Positions 17,919-26,904 of a stretch of 64,000 bases of DNA are shown here, one piece after another (position 1 is the stretch's first letter; each line of letters starts with the position of its first letter). Location of the stretch: contig JAJDUH010000044.1 in the NCBI GenBank assembly GCA_022826805.1, positions 92,862 to 156,861 on the forward strand. Reading direction: 5' to 3'. This DNA comes from Candidatus Poribacteria bacterium (GTDB lineage: Bacteria; Poribacteria; WGA-4E; WGA-3G). Both the position numbers and the translations under genes were made by a program. The notes beneath the pieces are model-generated. The model did no database searches, was not told the origin of the DNA, and saw only the letters and a list, made by a program, of their open reading frames with translations.

Positions 17919-17971
17919 ATTTTTATGGAAGAAAATTTTTGGTCAATATTTTCCAACGTTTCACAAAAAAT

Positions 17972-18000
17972 TTGCAAAAAACAGAGACACGTGATATAAT
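17972..18000 (+). promoter_or_regulatory. sigma70-like promoter with extended -10, driving the cobalamin riboswitch
   Basis: The sequence is TTGCAA, a 17-nt spacer ending in TGa, then TATAAT. It lies about 20-30 nt upstream of the riboswitch. Confidence 0.65.
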
Positions 18001-18021
18001 ATATGTATTACAATCGAATAA

Positions 18022-18215
18022 GCTGAACGGTTCAGGTGCCGGAAAAGCCGGAGAATAGGGAAGCGCGGTGAGAATCCGCCACGGCCCCGCCACTGTGAAC
18101 GATCATAAATATCCACTGAAAAAACCACTGTCAATTTACTGATGGGAAGGTTCAGCGGACTTTTGTAGGTGCAAACTACGTAAAAGATCGGAAGTCAGGA
18201 GACCTGCCTGAATCG
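18022..18215 (+). promoter_or_regulatory. cobalamin (B12-element) riboswitch aptamer
   Basis: The core is AATAGGGAAGCGCGGTGAGAATCCGCCACGGCCCCGCCACTGTGA, which includes the B12 box. Also present are CCACTG...GGGAAGG and GTCAGGAGACCTGCC. P1 is TTCAGG (18031-36) paired with CCTGAA (18207-12). Confidence 0.9.
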
Positions 18216-18355
18216 CGTTTCACACATCTGCTTTCGCGGGAAAGCAGTGGAACAGCGCGCAGCAATATCCTGTTAGACTACGGATCAAATACCAGCATAA
18301 GGTATGGAATTCTCACACATCATTACAGGATAAGACTTACACAGAATGTCGCCGT

Positions 18356-18414
18356 CCCCTCTGCTTCTCGGAGATGCTTGCTACAAAAAGCCACGAAAGC
18401 AGGGGTTTTTTGTT
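18356..18414 (+). terminator. riboswitch expression-platform terminator
   Basis: CCCCT(ct)GCTT pairs with AAGCAGGGG and is followed by TTTTTTGTTT. It ends 18 nt before the ATG at 18432. Its arms are also complementary to the hairpin at 18228-18247. Confidence 0.6.
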
Positions 18415-18431
18415 TCATTACGGAGGTTTTG

Positions 18432-19775
18432 ATGAACAAAGTTTTTTTCGCCTGGCGGCATTTATTGTGTTCACCATGTCACAAACCACTCTCACTCCTA
18501 CTTACAGGTATATTACTCCTAACGCTTCTCGTTAGTCCTGCCCTTGGACAAACAGAGGTACAAGACCTGGCGGTTGTCATAAATGCCTTGACACATCCCG
18601 ACTTGGGTATCACCGCTTCACTTTCACTCATCAATCAGGTGGAACCGAATGAAAGACGGGCGGTCGACAATGAAATACTCCGCTTCGGGATTGATCCTAT
18701 ACTGCGGCGGCGCGCAATTAGCCTCTCCATTCGTGGACATCTCGCGTATGTCCCGACTTTCAACTTACCCGTCACCGGCGGCACAAGTTCCGGCGACAAC
18801 ATCTTTATCATAAATTTGGAAGACCGAGAGTTTGTCGGCGAAATCCCGATCCAAGCGGGTACAACTCCGCAGCAGATCGCTTTCGTCAACGATCAGAAAC
18901 TATACGTCACGTGTGCAGCAACACATGAAGTGCATGTCGTTGACATTCCTAACCGTAACGTAACGAAGATTCTGACCGGCTCCTTCAACAAACCGACGGG
19001 CATCACGCTACTCAACGGCAAAGCTTACGTTTCAAATCCCGCATGGGAGTGGGATCCCGCTGCTGGGAAAGTAAACTATTACGATAGCACTGTCACAGTG
19101 ATTGATACGGAAACAGATTTCGTGTTGAAATCCATACCAGTGCCAACAAACGCAAGCACAATTGTTAACGATGGCGACTCTACCGTCATTCTCAAAACAA
19201 CTGGGAATTATAATGACATCCTGGGGCATCTCATTCTGATTGATACAGCGACCGATGAGATTGTCGAAACAGTTAAACTCGATTTCACGCCTGGCTCCAT
19301 CGCCCTTAATTCACAAAAGCAGCTGTTTATGCAAGGAAGCTGGCAAAATCCAGGTTTGCTCATTTACGATGTTGCAGCACGAGACTGGATCCGTGACGAA
19401 GACGATCCGATCGCTAATTTCAGCGACGATGCAGATGCGCCTATCAGCGGTTCCTTGGCTTTCGCACCCGATGGAAATCTCTATATCGCCAAGCCCGACT
19501 GGGGCGGCAGCGGGCAGGATTTCGTGCGCGTTATGAACGTGATAGATGCATCTCTTCTGAAAACCTATCACGTTGGACCCGGCGGCTCCATTGTCGGATT
19601 TGCACAGATCATTCCGCGCCCCGAAGATGTAAACAACGATGGATTTGTCAATGAGGCGGATTTAGTAATCGCGAGCCGGTTCTTGGGGGACGAGGGTCCC
19701 GGATTAGTCGCTGATGTCAATGGAGACGAAGTAGTCAATGTTCTTGATTTAGTGCTGATAGGTCAAGGACTCTAA
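18432..19775 (+). CDS. secreted beta-propeller (YVTN/YncE-like repeats) protein with C-terminal dockerin-like repeats
   Basis: GGAGG lies 5 nt upstream of the ATG at 18432. A signal peptide is present (LLLTLLVSPALGQ). Repeated blades are seen (KLYVTCAATHEVHVVD, KAYVSN.., VTVIDTETD). The C-terminus has DVNNDGFVNEADL and DVNGDEVVNVLDL. Confidence 0.8.
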   Translation: MNKVFFAWRHLLCSPCHKPLSLLLTGILLLTLLVSPALGQTEVQDLAVVINALTHPDLGITASLSLINQVEPNERRAVDNEILRFGIDPILRRRAISLSIRGHLAYVPTFNLPVTGGTSSGDNIFIINLEDREFVGEIPIQAGTTPQQIAFVNDQKLYVTCAATHEVHVVDIPNRNVTKILTGSFNKPTGITLLNGKAYVSNPAWEWDPAAGKVNYYDSTVTVIDTETDFVLKSIPVPTNASTIVNDGDSTVILKTTGNYNDILGHLILIDTATDEIVETVKLDFTPGSIALNSQKQLFMQGSWQNPGLLIYDVAARDWIRDEDDPIANFSDDADAPISGSLAFAPDGNLYIAKPDWGGSGQDFVRVMNVIDASLLKTYHVGPGGSIVGFAQIIPRPEDVNNDGFVNEADLVIASRFLGDEGPGLVADVNGDEVVNVLDLVLIGQGL

Positions 19776-19791
19776 CAACTGAACATTCGCG

Positions 19792-19812
19792 GGCGCGGTT
19801 TACAACCGCGCC
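19792..19812 (+). terminator. GC hairpin after the propeller gene (weak terminator / GTAGG-type palindrome relative)
   Basis: GGCGCGGTT-tac-AACCGCGCC is followed by TGTATTACTTTT. The T tract is poor. Confidence 0.4.
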
Positions 19813-19871
19813 TGTATTACTTTTAACGCCAAGAAATAGGCAACGGAATCGGTGATCTCAAAGGACACTGT

Positions 19872-21821
19872 ATGAGGCATTTTCTGAACCAGACCACAAC
19901 AATAGAGAAGGTTTGCTGGTGCCTGCCACTTTTCCTTTTCCTGCTCAGTTGTACCTCAGAACCTAAAAAGGAACCGTTCTCATGGAAAGTGACGTTTTTT
20001 TCATTGGGGGCAAAGGCACAATTGGGAGCAGAAGCACCGATACAGCGTCTGAATGCCTTTAATTCCGACGGCGTGATGGTTGCCCAACTCAATTTCCCCG
20101 CGCCGCCTCGCCAGACGGAATCGCTCTATTTTGAGTGGCGCGAAGGAGAAACCTACAGGTTTGAAGCGATCTTGTCAACAGGTGATGTGGATGTTCAAAT
20201 AGTAACTGCTCCGCGGACATACACACTGGGCACTTTAGAAATTGCCATCCCTTATGGCATTGCGACGCACTCGGATCCAGGAAACGTGTCAAACAACCAA
20301 GTTGCTCTTGTCTTGCACGAAAGCGAAATGACAGCCACAGTCGTTGTTACAAACGGAAAAACACCAGCAAACTTTGAAGTTGAACTTTGTCTACCACCAG
20401 CATTAACTGTTGTTCGTTTGCCTACAGACTGGAAGGCTGAAACAACTGATACTGGCGTCTGCCTCTCTACCACTGGCAGATTTCGTGTTGCATCGGAGGT
20501 GTGGTATCATGAGTTAGTCCTGAGGACCTCCACAGCCAATGACGCCAACAGTCAAAAAATTTTGGGGATGATTCGTTTCACAACAGATACTGGACAAACG
20601 TGGGAACAGCAAGCAACAGTGCAGTTACGTGTAGCAACCGTGCCAGAGATTGCTGAACATCTCTCAATAGCATCAATCGAGATGCCCACAGACGCAACAG
20701 GTACATCAGATCGGAGACAGCGGGAAGATACCATTTATTATTCACGTCCGTTATTCGGTTGGTTTGGAACATCGCAGACGAATCCATTCGAGCCGGTAAT
20801 GTATCAGACAGTCCGCCTCCTCAATCAAAGCGAGGAAACCATTCATGTAGTCGTATCATCAATCAACAGGGATCTGAAGAGTGGTGAAGTCGTAACATTT
20901 CTTGCACCACCGGAGTCAACTAACGGAGGCACGAATCAGAGCGTCGCCTTTGCGAGTCTGCCGGGTGGCGAAGTCACTGAGATTCCTCTACCTATCTATT
21001 TTCATCCGATTTACCTAAAACAGGGTAAGCCAGAACAAGCGACTCCTGGAGAATATACACGCGATATCGCCGTGAAGGTCTGGGGAAGCGATGTAACGAT
21101 TTTACGCGAAGAACGCTCACTGCGCCTGATTGTTCCGAACCAACAGGCACTCCTTGTTAGCTTATTGGCAATCATTAGCAGTAGCATCGGATTAGCAATC
21201 GTCCTAAAGTTGCACAAGCAACTGTTCGCCAGTTTCACAACGAAGCAACTCATCGTCATCGCACTTTTTGGCACAACGGTTTTTGTGGCAGTGATGGTCC
21301 CATCAACGCTGTTCCTTAACTTAATCCGTGCTGTCCTCGGACCGATCTCTGTACTACTGACGGGTTTGATAAATGAGACGCTTTACTATGCTTTGCTGAC
21401 TGCGCTGTTAATTTACATTAGCGGCGACCCCGAAAGCACCGAGCGTTCCGATTCAAGGTCATATAGTAAAGGTAGCGGTGTCATCTTGCTCGTCTCAGCA
21501 GTGCGTTTACTTCTCAGCGGTGTGACATTCGGGCAGTTCACACCAATGGCAATTGTTTATACTGGCACCAGTGTTCTCTTGTTAGAAACTGGCTTTCTGT
21601 TCGTGCGAGGACGGAGTTTGTTTACATGGGCAGTCGTGTTAGGTATGTGCGACGCGGTCGCCGTCTACGTCGATTTTCAAATTTCCATCTTGTTCTATCG
21701 GCTTTTTTACGCCGATTGGTATATTATTCTCCGGATTCTGATAGAGGGATTCGTCTATACATTTATCGGCGTCCTGCTCGGTGCAAAATTAGGACGCGGG
21801 CTCTGGCGTGTGGCAGATTAA
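19872..21821 (+). CDS. lipoprotein-type ectodomain (about 420 aa) fused to a C-terminal 7-TM (1+6) membrane module
   Basis: A lipobox is present (LFLLSCTSE). Seven hydrophobic segments were counted in the last 226 aa (21141-21818). No family was recognised. Confidence 0.75.
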   Translation: MRHFLNQTTTIEKVCWCLPLFLFLLSCTSEPKKEPFSWKVTFFSLGAKAQLGAEAPIQRLNAFNSDGVMVAQLNFPAPPRQTESLYFEWREGETYRFEAILSTGDVDVQIVTAPRTYTLGTLEIAIPYGIATHSDPGNVSNNQVALVLHESEMTATVVVTNGKTPANFEVELCLPPALTVVRLPTDWKAETTDTGVCLSTTGRFRVASEVWYHELVLRTSTANDANSQKILGMIRFTTDTGQTWEQQATVQLRVATVPEIAEHLSIASIEMPTDATGTSDRRQREDTIYYSRPLFGWFGTSQTNPFEPVMYQTVRLLNQSEETIHVVVSSINRDLKSGEVVTFLAPPESTNGGTNQSVAFASLPGGEVTEIPLPIYFHPIYLKQGKPEQATPGEYTRDIAVKVWGSDVTILREERSLRLIVPNQQALLVSLLAIISSSIGLAIVLKLHKQLFASFTTKQLIVIALFGTTVFVAVMVPSTLFLNLIRAVLGPISVLLTGLINETLYYALLTALLIYISGDPESTERSDSRSYSKGSGVILLVSAVRLLLSGVTFGQFTPMAIVYTGTSVLLLETGFLFVRGRSLFTWAVVLGMCDAVAVYVDFQISILFYRLFYADWYIILRILIEGFVYTFIGVLLGAKLGRGLWRVAD

Positions 21822-22069
21822 ACCATTACACCCAAAACTGGCAGATTCAGTTTCCTGACCACATCGAGCCATATATAAAAACCTGTACAATCTGCAACGC
21901 AAACAGCATAGAAAATCTATAAGACAACGGGAGTTTGATAATAGACGAGGTTAGGAAACCTCGCCAGCGGTACTGGGCGTTTTCGAAGCTAAAATTAGTT
22001 GAAATTACCCATTTACACCGGCAATTTACCATAAATCAAACTCACGTTATAAGGTAAGGAAATACATCA

Positions 22070-23767
22070 ATGAAGCGAATTCAATTTTTTACTCTGCTCT
22101 GTCTGTTTATCGTGTCGTCCATCAGTATTGTGACAGCCGATATGGACATCACATGGGTACGGACAGGTGTCGTACTTGAAGTTCAATCCAAAGACGGTGT
22201 TAAAGGCGAAATCAACGTCGCGACGATGTCCAAGGGCACAACGCATCCGTTAACCGAGCCCCCCACAATCCAACGAATTGATGCAAACCGTGTTCTGCTA
22301 CAGTTCGTTTGGCAACCGAACGAGAATTACCAATTTCGCTTGCGTAATAGCGAAATAACGACGACTTCACCGCTGAAGCCGGAACCCTATCTTATCCGTA
22401 CCGTTGCGTTAGATGGACTTCTATCGTTGATGGAAAACCTACGTCAACCCGCAACACCATCAGCAGTCGCCTTAGGAATCGGAAACGTGTCTAACAGAGA
22501 AAAATTGGCAATTGCGACGAACAGTGGTCACCTTGCGATCCTGCAGCCAATTACGGGTGAAACGCTTTGGAAAACTCGCATTTCGGAAGGCTACGTGAGA
22601 CGAATGGCGTTCAGTCCTGATAATACCTTGCTCTACGTTGGGGAACAGGCAGCAGATGGATTCATTTACTGCTACGATCTCACAGGTGATACACTAACAC
22701 TCCGCTGGAAATATCGTACCGCTGACGACATTGAAACCTCCACACCAAACGACCCAGGCAGTGTCTACGCATGGGTAAGCTACCCGGGTCCGTCTTGCAT
22801 GCGAACACTGATGGACGGCGATCTTCTGGTTGCGAGTGTACATTCATGGACAGAAAACGGGACGCCACTTAAGAAATCTCAACTCTATAGACTTGATAAC
22901 GAAACAGGAAACGTTATCTGGAAATGGCCCCATGACAGCGCGATCTCAAGAATAATTCGCTGGTTTGACGTAAGTGCTGACGGAGAAACAATCGCACTTG
23001 TAACAGATGCCGGACACAATTTACAAGGAGCGACAGGTAAAAACGGTGCTGGCAACGGAAAACTTGCTCTCCTTAACGCGAAAGATGGATCAGAAAAATG
23101 GCATACCGATATTGAACCCCTAACCCCCTATTTCGCACAGGTTACGTTTTGGCGTGGGGTGAGCGTATCGCCTGATGGTAAGTTTATCAACGTCACAACG
23201 GACGACGGGCGGGCATTCATTTTCGACGCGAATAAGCCCGAACCGATATGGAGCGAAAACTTGACGACCCCATTAGAGGTGAGCGGTATCCCGATTGTTG
23301 CAACTTCAGGAACAATTGGAGCGACGGATGCCGCGGCACTCTTTGTCACTGGCGATACATATATCCCCTATCATCTCCGAAAAGGCGCGCAACGACCTTC
23401 GGCATCACACCCAAATGGGATGACGCTGTTCGCCTACTCGTGGACCGGTGAAAAAGTCTGGCAGTGGCAACTTGAGAACATGCCACAAGGCTTACGGATC
23501 GATGCGAAGGATCGCTATGCCCTGTTATCTGTTTCTAAGCGTACTCAGGATCCAAATGAGAGTCTCCACGGCGTGTCGATGTTTGACCTGACAGCAGAAG
23601 GAAGCGGTTTATCGAAATACCTATATACCTACCGCACAGAGGGGCAACTCCCTTATGATACACTCGCGATTAGTGCAGATGGTGCGCTTGTCGTTGTGGT
23701 TGAGGTGCCGACCGCGATGCCAGATGAGACGCTGCGCGGGAAGAACCGGGTGCATGTGCTGTACTGA
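22070..23767 (+). CDS. secreted PQQ/WD40-like beta-propeller protein
   Basis: A signal peptide is present. Repeated motifs are G.TLWKTRI, GNVIWKWPHD, GSEKWHTDI and GEKVWQWQL. Confidence 0.8.
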   Translation: MKRIQFFTLLCLFIVSSISIVTADMDITWVRTGVVLEVQSKDGVKGEINVATMSKGTTHPLTEPPTIQRIDANRVLLQFVWQPNENYQFRLRNSEITTTSPLKPEPYLIRTVALDGLLSLMENLRQPATPSAVALGIGNVSNREKLAIATNSGHLAILQPITGETLWKTRISEGYVRRMAFSPDNTLLYVGEQAADGFIYCYDLTGDTLTLRWKYRTADDIETSTPNDPGSVYAWVSYPGPSCMRTLMDGDLLVASVHSWTENGTPLKKSQLYRLDNETGNVIWKWPHDSAISRIIRWFDVSADGETIALVTDAGHNLQGATGKNGAGNGKLALLNAKDGSEKWHTDIEPLTPYFAQVTFWRGVSVSPDGKFINVTTDDGRAFIFDANKPEPIWSENLTTPLEVSGIPIVATSGTIGATDAAALFVTGDTYIPYHLRKGAQRPSASHPNGMTLFAYSWTGEKVWQWQLENMPQGLRIDAKDRYALLSVSKRTQDPNESLHGVSMFDLTAEGSGLSKYLYTYRTEGQLPYDTLAISADGALVVVVEVPTAMPDETLRGKNRVHVLY

Positions 23768-23891
23768 TTTTGTAGAACGAAAATTAGTGTTGAAAAATTC
23801 TGCCCTGCTCTATATACTTATTACATCTACGAAAATCAGTTGTCGCTGAAAAAGAAACGATTAAGATGTCTCAAATCAATCGGAAATCAAA

Positions 23892-25115
23892 ATGCAAGAC
23901 TTTACAAACACAGAGTTGTTACAAATCATCGAAAACGATGAAGCTGATCGCGTTGAGTTCAAAGAGTCTTTATCTGGCAGTGCGCCAAAAGATATCCGGG
24001 AAGCAATCTGTGCTTTTGCTAATGATTTACCTAACTATGCCAAACCGGGCTTCGTTTTCGTCGGAGTAAGAAAAGATAAGACTATTGTAGGCTTTTCAGT
24101 TACAGATCAATTGCTGCGGCAATTAGCGGACATGAAAACTGATGGAAATATTGTGCCGCCACCATCACTGACAGTGGAAAAGCGTTTACTGCAAGGCAAA
24201 GAAGTGGCGGTAGTTAAAGTAGAACCATCCAATTCACCTCCGGTTCGATGCAGAGGCGCGATCCATATCCGAACTGGGCCCCGCCGAGATATCGCCACAG
24301 CACAAGATGAGAGTATTCTTAATGAAAGACGGAGATCAGGAGATTTGCCCTTTGACTTGTGTTCTATTCCAATTGCTAGTGTGTCAGATCTCAACTTAGT
24401 CCAATTTAGGTATGAGTACCTACCCCAAGCATTTTCCTCCGAGATATTAGAGGCCAATGACCGAACCTTGAATGAGCAATTAGCTGCCACAAAGATGATC
24501 ACTTCCGCCGATCAACTTACTGCCACTGTGCTCGGAATTCTCACGCTTGGAAAAAATACGCAGGATTTCCTGCCTGGTGCGTACGTACAGTTCCTCAAAA
24601 TTGATGGGAATGAACTCACCGATGACATCCTTGACAGCGAAGCAATACGTGGTTCAATCCCTGATCAGATCCGCCGTTTAGACGACAAACTGATGGCGCA
24701 TAATCGTATTGCAGTTGATATTACGTCGGGCCCTCTCGAAAAGCGAACTGCCCTCTATCCAATAGAAGCAGTGCAACAAATTACCCGAAATGCTGTTATG
24801 CACAGGACTTATGAAGCGACGAATGCACCAGTCCGTGTCCATTGGTACAACGATCGGATCGAGGTTTTAAGTCCTGGTGGTACATACGGAAGGGTAACTG
24901 TTGAAACTTTTGGGCTGTACGGAGTGACCGATTATCGCAATCCGAATTTGGCGGAGGCAATGAAAACCCTTAATTTAGTACAGCGTTTTGGGGTTGGAGT
25001 ACAGATAGCGAGAAGGTTGCTGGAAGAAACGGGACACCCAGAGCCGGAATTTAGAGAAATTGGGGGCAACGTCCTCGCTACGATAAGAATGGTGCAACAG
25101 CCTAAGGAGATATAA
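23892..25115 (+). CDS. AlbA_2 (Schlafen-like) + HATPase_c_4 putative DNA-binding ATP-binding protein (RecG-like regulator family)
   Basis: The N-terminus (E.DRVEFKESL....IREAICAFAN..G) is typical of AlbA_2. The C-terminal region (NAVMHRTY...) is typical of this family. Confidence 0.8.
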   Translation: MQDFTNTELLQIIENDEADRVEFKESLSGSAPKDIREAICAFANDLPNYAKPGFVFVGVRKDKTIVGFSVTDQLLRQLADMKTDGNIVPPPSLTVEKRLLQGKEVAVVKVEPSNSPPVRCRGAIHIRTGPRRDIATAQDESILNERRRSGDLPFDLCSIPIASVSDLNLVQFRYEYLPQAFSSEILEANDRTLNEQLAATKMITSADQLTATVLGILTLGKNTQDFLPGAYVQFLKIDGNELTDDILDSEAIRGSIPDQIRRLDDKLMAHNRIAVDITSGPLEKRTALYPIEAVQQITRNAVMHRTYEATNAPVRVHWYNDRIEVLSPGGTYGRVTVETFGLYGVTDYRNPNLAEAMKTLNLVQRFGVGVQIARRLLEETGHPEPEFREIGGNVLATIRMVQQPKEI

Positions 25116-25117
25116 CA

Positions 25118-26185
25118 ATGCCTGTTCCAGTCCTAACTTTTTTCAACAATAAAGGAGGTGTTGGCAAAACATCCCTTGTCTATCATCTGGCATGGATGCT
25201 ACACAACCTCGGTCATCGAGTGCTGGCCTGTGACCTTGATCCACAGGCAAATCTTACGGCTGCGTTTTTAGATGAGGAAGGTTTGGAAAGCCTCTGGGAC
25301 GAAAGTAATACCGCCTCGGTCCCTAGAAACACAATTTTCCAGTGTGTAAAACCGCTAATAGAAGTTGGTGATCTGCACTTGCCTCATCTTCAATCAATTT
25401 TATGGCAATTGGACTTCGGACTGAGTGATCTAAAATTGATTCCAGGCGACTTAGCGCTAGCAGAATTTGAGGACACCCTATCTGCTGAATGGCCAAATGC
25501 TATGGGATCCACCAGTCTTCATAGATCCTTTAGAATACTAACGGCGTTTTCGACTATTATGCAGCAGAGTGCTACGGAAATGAACGCCTCAATTATTTTA
25601 GCTGATGTTGGACCCAATTTGGGTGCGATCAACCGCTCCGCATTGATCGCAAGTGATTATGTTGTGGTTCCACTTGGAGCAGATCTATTTTCGCTCCGCG
25701 GGCTACGAAACCTCGGTCCAACCCTCGAACGATGGCGAGAGGATTGGCAACGCAGACGAAATAACTGGTTTGATTGGCAACACAGGCAAAATAACAAGAA
25801 TATGCCGAATTTCCCCCTTCCAGAAGGAGGCATGAAACCTATCGGGTACATAATGCAGCAACACGGCGTGCGTTTGGAACGTCCTGTTAAAGCTTACGAT
25901 AAATGGGTTAACCGAATGCCCGAAGAATACGCACGAAACCTGCGAGGAAATGAGACAGGTCCCTACGCTGCGACTCCAGAAAAGGATCCAGTAAATTCCT
26001 TAGCTATTCTTAAACACTATCGTAGTCTCATTCCTATGGCACAAGAAAAACGTAAACCCATTTTTCATCTCACCACAGCAGATGGAGCTTTTGGGAGCCA
26101 TGCAGCCGCTGCTAATATGGCGCGCCAAGATTTCAAAATTTTGGCAGAGAAAATAGAGGAAAGAACAGGTATTAAAAGGGTATAA
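25118..26185 (+). CDS. ParA/Soj-family P-loop ATPase with long Trp/Arg-rich insertion
   Basis: A deviant Walker A is present (FNNKGGVGKTS), followed by DLDPQANLT. The start lies 2 nt after the upstream stop, and its AAGGAG sits inside the upstream gene, indicating translational coupling. Confidence 0.85.
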   Translation: MPVPVLTFFNNKGGVGKTSLVYHLAWMLHNLGHRVLACDLDPQANLTAAFLDEEGLESLWDESNTASVPRNTIFQCVKPLIEVGDLHLPHLQSILWQLDFGLSDLKLIPGDLALAEFEDTLSAEWPNAMGSTSLHRSFRILTAFSTIMQQSATEMNASIILADVGPNLGAINRSALIASDYVVVPLGADLFSLRGLRNLGPTLERWREDWQRRRNNWFDWQHRQNNKNMPNFPLPEGGMKPIGYIMQQHGVRLERPVKAYDKWVNRMPEEYARNLRGNETGPYAATPEKDPVNSLAILKHYRSLIPMAQEKRKPIFHLTTADGAFGSHAAAANMARQDFKILAEKIEERTGIKRV

Positions 26186-26293
26186 GCATCCCGACGAGAC
26201 TTCTTAAACTATTGTGCGACCAACTGTATCTGACAATATTCTTAAGCTTTTATACCCCTTTCTGCTAGATAAGGTACAAACACAAAAAATATA

Positions 26294-26319
26294 GGGGAAC
26301 AACTGTCGTGTTGTTCCCC
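26294..26319. terminator. bidirectional intrinsic terminator between convergent genes
   Basis: The stem is GGGGAACAAC-tgtcgt-GTTGTTCCCC. A-rich sequence lies upstream (AAAAAATATA) and T-rich sequence downstream. Confidence 0.65.
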
Positions 26320-26428
26320 TTATTGCATTGAAACAGAAGAAAAATCAATTCAGAAGAAGAAGGTATGAAAGGTTTAACAGAAATAAATTGCACTTCGATT
26401 GCACAATTCAGAGATCGCTCCTACCGCT

Positions 26429-26626
26429 TCACTTCGACATTGTATACTGAGAAACCGCGTTTTGAGTAGAGACAAGCACACTTTGCAACGCCTGAAAGTA
26501 GTTCATTTCAGCCATCTTGATCGTGTGGTTATCCTCGGTTGCTCGTGCGCGTCTGAGTGCCTCCCAACTCAACGCCAGCATCCGATTCGTTTGCTCTAAA
26601 ATTCTCCAATCCGCGTTCGAAATCAT
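26429..26626 (-). CDS. 65-aa helical protein, unknown (second gene of RHH cassette)
   Basis: A strong SD (GGGAGGG) lies 5 nt before the ATG, and the gene starts 23 nt after the RHH gene stop. No family was recognised. Confidence 0.5.
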   Translation of the reverse strand: MISNADWRILEQTNRMLALSWEALRRARATEDNHTIKMAEMNYFQALQSVLVSTQNAVSQYTMSK

Positions 26627-26649
26627 GATACCCTCCCGGAATTCATGTC

Positions 26650-26889
26650 TTATGCTATTGGCGGCTTGTTGTTCCGCTCAAACAGCGCGTTCAAAGCCTC
26701 GCTTAGCAGGCTTTGAATACTCGTGTCTTTCTCAAGCGCGAGCATCTTTAACTGTCGATGCACATCTTTGGTGAAATGCCCAGAAATCATCTTTTTGCCC
26801 TGACGGGATGGCGGCGCCGTTGCGGTTGGTTTCGATGTTGTTCCAACGGCAGTTCCGTCCTTGTCCGACAGAATTGCTACTGTTCTCAT
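26650..26889 (-). CDS. ribbon-helix-helix (CopG/ParG-like) DNA-binding protein
   Basis: The C-terminus KKMISGHFTKDVHRQLKMLALEKDTSIQSLLSEALNALF has the RHH pattern. The ATG at 26889 has GGAGG 10 nt upstream. The track ORF start at 26934 would read through the repeat array. Confidence 0.65.
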   Translation of the reverse strand: MRTVAILSDKDGTAVGTTSKPTATAPPSRQGKKMISGHFTKDVHRQLKMLALEKDTSIQSLLSEALNALFERNNKPPIA

Positions 26890-26904
26890 ATCGTTTATGC
26901 CTCC

